Source: Mytilus edulis (Eukaryota). From it: DNA of 64,000 bases. The notes beneath the pieces are model-generated. The model was not told the origin of the DNA. It did not search any database and saw only the letters and a list, made by a program, of their open reading frames with translations. Numbering within the stretch: the first letter of the stretch is position 1; every line of letters starts with the position of its first letter. A program made the translations under genes and the position numbers. Positions 52,317 to 64,000 of this stretch are shown here, one piece after another. The stretch covers positions 24,862,001 to 24,926,000 of the forward strand of contig NC_092345.1 in NCBI RefSeq assembly GCF_963676685.1, in the 5' to 3' direction.

Positions 52317-55300
52317 GGTAGCAATACACAGTTAGGAGTTTAGTTTCGCATTTTGGCCCCTGTGGATTTTTAAAATAGGAAAGTTATTGTGTAATAAAAT
52401 TCATTTTTAGACAGATGAGTGCTAATTTAGCCTTCAAAGATGGTTTATAAGTTCATCAAGATTATTTTTTACATGTTTTATGGGCTGTTTTCTGTTTGAC
52501 AATCCGTATTTTCATAGCTAGACCGGCCATCAGTCCAGAAATTACTGTACTGTTTACAAACACTCTTTTTCTACGCGAAGTTTTTGACGCAATTTTACAA
52601 AAAAATGAGATGAAAGACATATGATTATCATTGGATTTGCTGAATGATATATGTACACAGTTTCAGAAAAGGTATTACTTCAAGCGATTGAAATTCTACT
52701 TTTAGCCAAATTGTGGGGAAATATATGACATCTTTCCCCCCCCCCCCCTTTTTGCAATATTTTATAACAAATAAATGCAGATTGTTGCCATGGATACACC
52801 AAAAAGAAATTATATTTTTCCATTTTATATACTGGATATAAAATCTATGGAAGATTCTGATTACATACATATGCCCATATATAACACAAACAGTAAGCTT
52901 GATATTGCAAGAAAGCAATGAAAAGGGGATGGTAAAATTCATAAGGGCAAATTTTAGTATTTTTTCCTAACTGTTTATTGCTACCTTATGGCATACTTAC
53001 CAAGCTCAGAATTGTATAATTTAAGACTTTTCATGCCACAAATCTATTGATATTTAGATTCTTAATCAATTTCTGAGTAAATTGAGTGTTTAAGAATGAC
53101 AATATATGTCAATTTTATTGTTTACAGTCCTTAGCAACCAAAATTAGACATTTTGACACAAGGCTTATATTTGTACTCTATCGGCTTAACTTTTGCTTCT
53201 GATGGATTGGGCTGCATGTAGTAGCCTAAGTATTGAACGCGTTGGGTTTTTTCTTGCGAATATATCAAATTATTGTTTTTATCAAGATTTCATGTTACAT
53301 TTTGGCATATATTAAATGTATAGTTAAATCAGATGTAAGAAATTGATTCCCTATCACCAAGTTTTTTAATCAAGTCTTTGGTATGCAATAAGCATAAAGA
53401 TTAACATTTTTATGCTTGAAATTGCTAAATTTTATACAATGTTGCATCATCAGAGACCTTATTAAGATATTCAACATTAAAAAACTGACAAAAGAGGTAC
53501 AGTTTTTAAGATTTGGCTAAAAATTGAGGTAGAGACAAGATTTACACTTTGACTTGGCACCTTTCTTTAAAATCAGTTTTTGTCGCGTTTCAGTGTCAAC
53601 TGCTAACCTTCATAAAATATTCATTACTCAACCAATTTTCAAAAATAAAAGGCCATTTTACTCGTATTAGCTAGCAGAACTCAGAAAATAAGTTAAAAGG
53701 GAGAATTTGAAAAAAATATTTACTATTAAGGTAGCAATACACAGTTAGGAGTTTAGTTTCGCATTTTGGCCCCTGTGGATTTTTAAAATAGGAAAGTTAT
53801 TGTGTAATAAAATTCATTTTTAGACAGATGAGTGCTAATTTAGCCTTCAAAGATGGTTTATAAGTTCATCAAGATTATTTTTTACATGTTTTATGGGCTG
53901 TTTTCTGTTTGACAATCCGTATTTTCATAGCTAGACCGGCCATCAGTCCAGAAATTACTGTACTGTTTACAAACACTCTTTTTCTACGCGAAGTTTTTGA
54001 CGCAATTTTACAAAAAAATGAGATGAAAGACATATGATTATCATTGGATTTGCTGAATGATATATGTACACAGTTTCAGAAAAGGTATTACTTCAAGCGA
54101 TTGAAATTCTACTTTTAGCCAAATTGTGGGGAAATATATGACATCTTTCCCCCCCCCCCTTTTTGCAATATTTTATAACAAATAAATGCAGATTGTTGCC
54201 ATGGATACACCAAAAAGAAATTATATTTTTCCATTTTATATACTGGATATAAAATCTATGGAAGATTCTGATTACATACATATGCCCATATATAACACAA
54301 ACAGTAAGCTTGATATTGCAAGAAAGCAATGAAAAGGGGATGGTAAAATTCATAAGGGCAAATTTTAGTATTTTTTCCTAACTGTTTATTGCTACCTTAT
54401 GGCATACTTACCAAGCTCAGAATTGTATAATTTAAGACTTTTCATGCCACAAATCTATTGATATTTAGATTCTTAATCAATTTCTGAGTAAATTGAGTGT
54501 TTAAGAATGACAATATATGTCAATTTTATTGTTTACAGTCCTTAGCAACCAAAATTAGACATTTTGACACAAGGCTTATATTTGTACTCTATCGGCTTAA
54601 CTTTTGCTTCTGATGGATTGGGCTGCATGTAGTAGCCTAAGTATTGAACGCGTTGGGTTTTTTCTTGCGAATATATCAAATTATTGTTTTTATCAAGATT
54701 TCATGTTACATTTTGGCATATATTAAATGTATAGTTAAATCAGATGTAAGAAATTGATTCCCTATCACCAAGTTTTTTAATCAAGTCTTTGGTATGCAAT
54801 AAGCATAAAGATTAACATTTTTATGCTTGAAATTGCTAAATTTTATACAATGTTGCATCATCAGAGACCTTATTAAGATATTCAACATTAAAAAACTGAC
54901 AAAAGAGGTACAGTTTTTAAGATTTGGCTAAAAATTGAGGTAGAGACAAGATTTACACTTTGACTTGGCACCTTTCTTTAAAATCAGTTTTTGTCGCGTT
55001 TCAGTGTCAACTGCTAACCTTCATAAAATATTCATTACTCAACCAATTTTCAAAAATAAAAGGCCATTTTACTCGTATTAGCTAGCAGAACTCAGAAAAT
55101 AAGTTAAAAGGGAGAATTTGAAAAAAATATTTACTATTAAGGTAGCAATACACAGTTAGGAGTTTAGTTTCGCATTTTGGCCCCTGTGGATTTTTAAAAT
55201 AGGAAAGTTATTGTGTAATAAAATTCATTTTTAGACAGATGAGTGCTAATTTAGCCTTCAAAGATGGTTTATAAGTTCATCAAGATTATTTTTTACATGT

Positions 55301-55803
55301 TTTATGGGCTGTTTTCTGTTTGACAATCCGTATTTTCATAGCTAGACCGGCCATCAGTCCAGAAATTACTGTACTGTTTACAAACACTCTTTTTCTACGC
55401 GAAGTTTTTGACGCAATTTTACAAAAAAATGAGATGAAAGACATATGATTATCATTGGATTTGCTGAATGATATATGTACACAGTTTCAGAAAAGGTATT
55501 ACTTCAAGCGATTGAAATTCTACTTTTAGCCAAATTGTGGGGAAATATATGACATCTTTCCCCCCCTTTTTGCAATATTTTATAACAAATAAATGCAGAT
55601 TGTTGCCATGGATACACCAAAAAGAAATTATATTTTTCCATTTTATATACTGGATATAAAATCTATGGAAGATTCTGATTACATACATATGCCCAGATAT
55701 AACACAAACAGTAAGCTTGATATTGCAAGAAAGCAATGAAAAGGGGATGGTAAAATTCATAAGGGCAAATTTTAGTATTTTTTCCTAACTGTTTATTGCT
55801 ACC
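52317..55803. repeat. Near-perfect tandem array MITE-spacer-MITE-spacer-MITE (period ~1412 bp)
   Basis: MITE copies at 52317-52985, 53730-54396 and 55141-55803, with TIR GGTAGCAATAMACAGTTAGGA and TTAA-like flanks. The differences noticed are poly-C length (13/11/7) and one SNP. Confidence 0.9.
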
Positions 55804-58800
55804 TTAACTGTTTAATATTTGGTCTATATTACATGTAGAAACATTTAATTAATTACCAATGCGTGATTGCTTTCATCTTTCTAACTCGTCAATTATATAA
55901 CGGGTTTAGCTAAAGTTCATAAGTATGTTATGTGTGTTCGATTCCTTTCACCATTAGGCCTTTGATTTGTAAACTTGTTTTTTTTATACATTTCGTGAAA
56001 TTCAAATAAGTTCTTTTTCAATTTAATTTATTTCTGTAAAATTTGAGGCAATCTTTGTGTGTGATTGGAGTGATTTTCTTTGAGCAATCTGAGGTAAAGG
56101 TACACATTTAATATAATTTTAATACATTTGCACATTTTTACTTAGTGTGAATTCGCATGAGAGGAGGTGTATTATAAGAGAGATACTCGTGCCCTGTCTG
56201 TTCTCCTGGATTTGCTCTTTTTGAAGTTCCAGCGATTTTCTCAGATTTTTGTTTTTTGCTATGATATTTGTTATCAAAGTAACAAGGATTATAGTTTAAT
56301 ACGCCAGACGCACGTTTCGTCTACATAAGACTCATCACTGACGCGCAGATAAAAATAGTTCTAAAGCCAAACAAGTACAAAGTAGAGGAGCATTAAGGAC
56401 CCGAAATTCCAAAAAGTTGTGTCATACGGCTCATGTAATCTATTCCTAGGAGAAGAAAATCCTTAGTCTTTCGAAAAATTCAAAATTTTGTAACAGGAAA
56501 TTTATAAAAATGACCATATAATTGATATTCATGTCAACACCGAAGTGCTGACTACTGGGCTGATTATACCCTCGGTGACGAAACGTCCATAAGCAGTGAC
56601 ATCGACCCAGTGCTGAAATTATTATTAAAGAAGGACGAAAGATACCAGAGGGGCAGTCAAACTCATAAATCGAAAATAAACTGACAACACCATGGGTAAA
56701 ATGAAAAGGACAAACAGACAAACAATAGTACACATGATTCTTCATAAAAAAATAAAGAACAAACAACACGAACCCTACCAAAATCTAGGGGTGATCTCAG
56801 GTACTCCGGAAGGATAAGCATATCCTGCTCCACATGTGGCACCCGTCGTGTTGCTTATGAGATATCAAATCCGGTAAATAGTCTAATTCGGTAGGTCACA
56901 TTTATAAAAGGTACCAGGATTATAATTTAATACGCCAGACGCGCGTTTCGTCTACATAAGATTCATCAGAGACGCTCAGATCAAAATAGTTATAAAGCCA
57001 AACAAGTACATTAAACAGGATCGTCTGTGTAAACTATTGTCACCTTAAATAAAGGGGCATTACATGTAGCAGGGGCTTAGACAAAGCATTAACATTTGAT
57101 TGTTTTTATTGAAATATTTGTAAAATAGGAATTTTGAATAAAGATTTCGCTAAAGTCAATTTGTCAAAATAAACTCTATATATAGCTGGTGTATTATTTT
57201 AAAAGTCAATGAATCAGTATCCACGAGTCTTGCAATGACATTGTGCATGATTTTGTTTTGATCAATTTTGTTTTATCATAAAAATTAAAACGTGGACACG
57301 TCTTTTCGATTAAAATATAGTGATTTCTGGTTGAATTCATCACAATAGATAAGAAATTCATAAAAAATCGGAACCGATATTTAGAATACTTAAACTTTTA
57401 CACTTAAGTATCCCATATTTACGTTAAAACGTAATGTCCAACGTTAAATCTTTTGTAATAAAGATCGGAGTTCCGTTTCTTTCATTCTATATTTTTTCTC
57501 CGATCGTCTGAAAACCTCATAAGAGTATTGCTATTACGTATTGGTACTACGCTTATAACTGCAAAATCAATATTACTAAAACTGTAAACCGGAAAATTAC
57601 ATTTTTGAAACCGGTTATAAAAATGTCCAAGCATATGCAAGGTAAACATATATCGTGTTTGTTCATTTATATTGTGAAATTGGAAATGCTGATAGGAAAA
57701 ATATTTTTGATATTAAAATGTCTTTGTTCATGATAATTTTTGGCCGGAAACCATGTGCATAGTTTTCATTTCACTGAATTCAAAAAATATATCCATCTTG
57801 TCACTACGAAAAATAAACTATATTGTCATAATATGATTACAAGTGAGGTTTTAATCGGCTTTTTATCTTATTAGAATGCAGATACGTTACGTATGTAATG
57901 AGCCTGTGTAGATATAAAAAAAAACAATAATGTCAAAATCGTAAAACGATTGGACATGTTTTTCTTTTGTTTATGTAAATAAGCATGTAGAATCTACGAT
58001 TCATGAACATCTTGTATCATTTCTGTAATAGACACGGAATATTTATTTATTAAGTCTAGGAACTTTCCAATGCACTTTAGAAAAAAAAACAGATGTTTCT
58101 TGACAAACCCTTGCTCATTATGTTTTTACTCAGACACTGATGACGTTTTACACAAGTATGAGTAGAATAAACGTAGTAAATTCAAGCTCTTAAATATCGT
58201 AGGTGTCGTAAAACGCATTTTTCGTACGTGAGGAATATTATATTGGTGCTAAGGTGAGAAAAAATATGATTTCGAATTTAATTCGTCTCGTTGGTAATAA
58301 GTGTGGTTATTGCGATGAACCTTATTGTAAAATTCGAGTTGAATATCAAGAAATTATGCGGAGGGGGCTATATTTGTGGTTTCATAATACTATTGTTTGG
58401 CATGATATATTAATAGTACCCAATCAGGGAAGTTTGGATTGTTAATGGAAGGAACGTCATTAATATATCTGTATGTTAAATTTTAAAAACATCTATTTGT
58501 TCTTTTTGTTTTTACAAGTGTATGATGGACTTAGACTGATATGAACATTAGAAAAAGGTCTACCAGGAGAAGTGAATAGTTTGAATCCATGGTTCTTTAA
58601 TTTAAGTATACTTACAATTACATGACCATGTTTCTTGCTTTTATGGGGTCTCTTTGTACCGCCTGACTCAGAATATTTAGGTGCATTCCTACGTGTTACT
58701 TATTCTTCAGTCTATTGTTTGTCCGTTTGTCTTCTTTCATTTTTAGCCATTGCGTTGTCAGTTTATTTTCGATTTATGAATTTGACTGTCCTTCTTGTAT

Positions 58801-58960
58801 CTTTCGTCCCTCTTTTTTTGTGACGATTGACGTAATTAAAACTAACAACATACAGTTTAACTTAGTATTCTTTCAGAATCAATGATAAATTTCTGTGTAA
58901 AAAGTATGTACCAACATTCCATATTTTTTTATTCGTGTATTGCTTATTTTACTTCTGCAG

Positions 58961-59109
58961 ATGGACTCAGAAAAAGAACCTGTGTCTACCAGTGACATGT
59001 TGATTAGAATAAAGCAGCATAAGTGGTCAATACTTGCTTTTATATGTGGTGTAGTCTTGGCATTAGGTATTTGTTCCAGTGATGGTATCAAAATCTTCTC
59101 CGGGAAAGG
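58961..59109 (+). pseudogene. Gene C: diverged paralogous TM exon with an apparent frameshift; its SPRY exon was not found in the window
   Basis: ttctgcag|ATG...IRIKQHKWSILAFICGVVLALGI matches IRLKEHKWSLLAFVCGVILTLAI. After ~59070 homology (VPVMV-SKSSPGK G|GTATA) continues in a shifted frame. Confidence 0.7.
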
Positions 59110-61174
59110 GTATATAAATTATTGTTTTCATGTAAAAAGTATATATGGACACATATCAACATATCTTATACATGTAATATTGCTTCCGTTTATTTTATTA
59201 TCAGGTCGATGATCCTGGCCCCCTCTCATCCTCATTTTTGTTTTCACTTTTTGCTTTGTATCTTTTTAGTAGTTTGATAATATCAACTGCTTAAAAAGAA
59301 TTTGAAAAACGAATAAATAGCCTAAAGGCATGTCTTCTTTGACTGTCAATGACGTTAAAATACTAAATCCCTTGGATGTGTTTTAGTTGATTTTAGTCTC
59401 TTTTTATTTTAATTTGGGTTTGGCCTTTAACTAGCTTACAGTAACTGGGAGTACGCTTAAATCGTACTTTCGTGTTAATTCGACCTGTTGATACAATTTG
59501 TAATGCTTTTTTGTTATCTAATGTTCGCTTATGTAGTGCTATATCTTGTTTTTCTAATTTAGTATATACCAACATTGATAAGTGTTTGATATGACTTTGA
59601 GTTTTTCACTTTTGTTCTCGTACTATGAAACGAATATTTCCGTAATTCTTGACTGCACTTTATCTACCTGTGTAAAGTATTCTATTTGGTAGCATTTGGT
59701 TCAAGGTTATGGTTGTTTATCTGAAATTGTTTAACATTTCACCCCTTATCATATTGAATTCTGTATTTACATTGTGTCATCCATCAAATGTATTCGTTTT
59801 ATTTTATTTATTTGTTTGCATATGTCCTAAAATAGTAACCTGATGCTCAGTGGTTGTCGTATGTGGTTCGTAAGTGTTTCCCGGTTCTCGTTTTTTATAT
59901 AGATTTGACCGTTGGTTTTCCCGTTTCACTAGTAACGATTTGGGGCCTTTATAGCTTGCTGTTCGGTGTGAGCCTAGGCTCCGTGTTGAAGATCGTACTT
60001 AGTTTACTTTATCAAATTGTGACTTGGATGGAGAGTTTTGCCTTTGGCACTCATACCACACATCTTCTTATATCTATTTTAAATTTACGGAATTACTTTT
60101 AATGCAAAATATATATTTTTTGTGTTTCGGGGGATCTCCAGCTGAATACAACTATGTTATCACGTCTTGTGCCCTAATTGCAATTCTGGAACCACCTGCA
60201 CAAGGAGCACTCAAGACCAAAAATACGCCAGCTTGGTGCATTAATACTGATTCACGTAAAGACTCATACGACCAATAGGAAAAGCATGAGCACAAATAAA
60301 GTAAAAGAAGAGAAACACAATGTCATCACCTTGAATTTATAACAACTAAAGTGCAAAGCCAATTTCTTCTGTATCTGATTAATAAGCTGTTACATTTTCA
60401 AAACGTGTATTCTTTAATGCAAAATACCTTGTTGTCCCGAGTCTCATTTTTTGTGAATTAAAATATAAGTAGAGTGCCAAGTTAATGAATTTTATAAGAT
60501 TCGATATAATTAATCTTTTTAGATATTAACATTTGTTTTCTCCCGTCTTTTGATAGAAAGTGTTCGTAATGATTTTTCTGGGGGGAAATCCAGTTTTCTT
60601 TTGGTGAGTGTATAAAACATACAAATGTACGTTTCACAGCTGATGTATTATTAACGTATAATGGAATGAATTAGCATTCTGAATATATCTTTGCTCTTTG
60701 AAAATGAGAAAAACTGCATATTGTGAAAAAGTGGGAGGGTTGTCCGTCACTGTTATAAAACCAAAATGACAATTAGAAACAGGTTAAACACTTCATCTTA
60801 TACTGATATACCTTATTGAGCATAAGTTGGCTTACAATTGACATGAATTTTGTCTACAAAAACAGGGTTGTGACAACATCAATTTCAAATACAGATCTCT
60901 TTATTCGTTATCCGCATATGAGCTTATATATACGAGTACTAGCACGCGATTTAATAAAGATCCGAATTTTATCAGATTGAAACAACATAAAACTAATTGC
61001 CTTAGCTAGCAGTCACTATTGTATTTTGTTTTCTTCTGTTTAGTTCGAAACCCAACGACCAAGTGTAGGTAAGAGAGAGCTTATATCAGTTGTTCATTTT
61101 TAAGTGGCCTTCGAAGCAAGTCGCAAATAGCTAGACATACAACATACATTCTGATAATGGAGGTGGTATCACCG

Positions 61175-61600
61175 TAAACTATTTGTATACTTTATTTGAT
61201 TAGTACTTATATCTAGACATTGACTATGAGGGTCGGTTGAAAACAAAACTTTACGACAAACGTGATGATTCCAGCTTCCCAATTGTGACCATTTCATTTT
61301 TAAACCAAGAGTTCCAAATGGTGAAGTTGAAGTCATCACTTCGTAAATTTTACGGACGCTATCAATAGTTGGTTGACCGTTATGGAGTATTCGTAAAAAA
61401 TACAGATTATATCGGATATGTTCCTTATGTTGTAACTACCATCCGCTTCACTTGTCACGAATGTGACCTACCGAGTTAGACTATTTACCGGATTTGAAAT
61501 AACATGAGCAACACGAAAGGTGCAACATGTGGAACATGATCTGCTTACCATTCCGGAGCACATGTAATCACCCCCAGGTTTAAGGAGGGTTCGTGTTGCT
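61175..61600 (+). mobile_element. Penelope-like RT fragment
   Basis: YLDIDYEGRLKTKLYDKRDD.SFPIV...NQEFQMVKLKSSLRKFYGR...LVDRYG. Confidence 0.7.
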
Positions 61601-64000
61601 GTTGTTTCCCTATTTGTGACATTTTCTTCACGCATCGTTGTCAATATAATGAAATTTTATGAGACTGTCTTACCAGTGAGAGGTATAGTGCTATAAAACC
61701 AGGTTCTATCCACCATCTTCTACATTTGAAAATGCCTGTACCAACTCAGAAATATGACAGTTGTTGTCCATTCGTTTGATGAGACTAATCATTTGATTTT
61801 GCCATTTGACTAAGGACTTTTCATTTTGAATTTTCCTCGGAGTTCAGTATTTTTGTGATTTTACCCTTTAAAATATATAAGAGGGTAGAGGAATCGGATT
61901 ATCATACTCTTGCAATTTATATCCATTGTGTTACGGAGTTCCCGTCTGTCATATAATTTCTTTCCTTGGTCTCATTTTCATGATTTACTGACCTCTGGAA
62001 AAACTTTCCTTATGTGAATGTCTCACTTGTGTATTTGAATGTCTCTTTTGTATCATTTGCATCTGTTTTATCATGAGTTCTAGGATATCTCTATGTGATT
62101 ACTAATTCTTGATATCCTTGTAGGGTCTATATGTCGGTCATACATGGTTTACCTGACTTGACCTCATTTCAGGGATCAGTAAACAAGGTTGAGTTTGAAT
62201 GGTCAAGTCCTTATCCCTTTCGCTATAACTATTGTGTCAAATTTGTTTGGAGTATGGGTACATGTCTTTCTGGCCAAGTTAATCTGACCTTACCGCATTT
62301 GCATAGAACATTGATAATTTTAATTTAATATTATACTGGTATAATGAAAAAAAATACGGTAGGCGGTTGTAAGCAGTTATCAGCAACCGTACGATTGATT
62401 GATTTATTGATTTTTGATAGCTTTAGGCCGCATCAGCACAAAAAAGCTATATCGCGCTGGGAATGTGTATAATCCTTTTCTCTAAGAATTTCGACTTAGT
62501 TCAGTCAGTAAGTAAAACATGCTTTTCCTGTATAATCCTAGTTTTCACTGTAATAATGTTTATGATCATACTTTTCTCAGATTATACATTGATAACTTCC
62601 TTTCATTAGCTTTCAGTGAGGGAACGACCAATTAGATTTGGACGGAGGGAGAGGAGGAGGATTTTGAAAATCGATAACTTGGCCTGGTGTGAACTGACAA
62701 TCGGTTATTTTAGCCACCAACAAAGAGCGTAATACATTTAGTTTTCATGTTCAAGATATCCCGTACAAAACAGTATATAGGGATACCTTGTAAAAACATT
62801 TAGAACAGCGAAATAACGGACGCACAAACCAGAAAACATAATGCCCATCAATGTGAACTAACGACGACTATCAGGATTTTAAAATATAATAATTTCCCCT
62901 TAATGTGTAAATAAAATTGTCCGTGTGTTATCTGTTAACTGACAATCGTTCACTATAGAACTTTTTTATACAATGGGCACGCTTCTATTTTAGACACACA
63001 CTATCCAGAATCTGTAATTACAACAAATATTTTGAAATGAAATAAACATCATGATATGAGACATAACAACTAACAGCGGTTTTTTAATGGGACAAGCAAA
63101 TGAAAATCTGGTGGTGTCAAACTTTTTTCTCAGAGTATCTTGTCATATGAATACGTAAGTTAACCATTATCGTACATAAGTAGATAAAAATAAATTAAGA
63201 ATATATATCTGCAAAATATAATTCAATAGTAAACACAAGTGTTTAAAACGTATTTATAGATTATACAATATATATAGCATAGTTTATGATAATTTTACAA
63301 GTGTGAACATTGTTAATTTAAGAACTAGTTATGTAATGTTAAGTAAATAAATACAATAAATACACAATTTTTTCAATAATTGGGATTTTAAAACCAGTTT
63401 GTGGTAATATAAAAATCCATCTCGCTGATTATATTATACATGTTATAGACAAGAAAAATATGTATATGAAAACAAATACATCGAGGAATCATTATAAAAA
63501 AACACACATAAACACAATATTATAATATTGTTTTAATTCGAATCAAAATCAAAACCGATTAAAATCGAAAATATGATTTTGGCCCTTTGAAACAAAAACA
63601 TTGAAATAATGGGATATTGGTGAAAGTGACACACAAACCTTTAAAATCATATTTTAAATGTTTTCGGACAACACATGAACGGCAAGTCGCGGAACTATGG
63701 ACCCTTATCTGCAAGAATAGACTCAACGCGAATGAAGTATACATGTAATTACATGTGTTAACATATAGTTTTTGTCTTGTTGAAAGTTTATTTCAATGTT
63801 CCAAATATATTTCTACGAAGAACTTAAGGTCATTTTTGCCAAAACGTCCATTTTTTCAAGACCTAAGCCATTGGAAATGTTTAAAACTGTTGCATTTGTT
63901 TTTGAAAGATATCTTGAATCGTAAAAATAAATTATATCGAATTTTTGTCTAAGCAATAACATATGTAATTGGAAGAGTTGTGAAATCGTATGAATACAAA

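Noticed and set aside
52628-55760. Three similar minus-strand ORFs (MNFTIPFSLL...)
   Set aside because: They lie inside the repeated MITE and their frame changes with poly-C length; not genes.

Overview
AT-rich eukaryotic (invertebrate) genomic DNA. The interspersed repeat families look like those of a mytilid bivalve (Mytilus-like; an inference from repeat types). The window is a tandem gene cluster on the + strand. Its genes encode single-pass membrane proteins with a C-terminal B30.2/(PRY)SPRY-like domain. Two copies appear intact, each 3 coding exons and 330 aa: gene A 5773-5794/5962-6273/15221-15879 and gene B 41644-41665/43692-44003/45309-45967. There is also an orphan 3' SPRY fragment (19455-19699) and a third, frameshifted TM exon (58961-59109). 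Predicted topology is type II, with an extracellular/lumenal B30.2 domain, the reverse of butyrophilins. The SPRY domains carry hypervariable patches, and a cytoplasmic acidic YDNV motif is present in only one paralog, suggesting a diversifying, possibly paired, innate-immune receptor family. Each SPRY exon is followed by decayed remnants of the same unidentified antisense coding sequence, so the duplicated unit may be a two-gene module. Possible TLR-like and CARD/death-domain-like pseudogene remnants lie between the genes (low confidence). The rest is transposon-derived: a decayed intron-containing piggyBac, a Helitron confirmed by a paralogous empty site, TTAA-flanked and Harbinger-like MITEs, HINE-like elements, Penelope-like and LINE fragments, and a near-perfect MITE-spacer tandem array at 52.3-55.8 kb. 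All translations and alignments were done by eye; coordinates of decayed elements are approximate.
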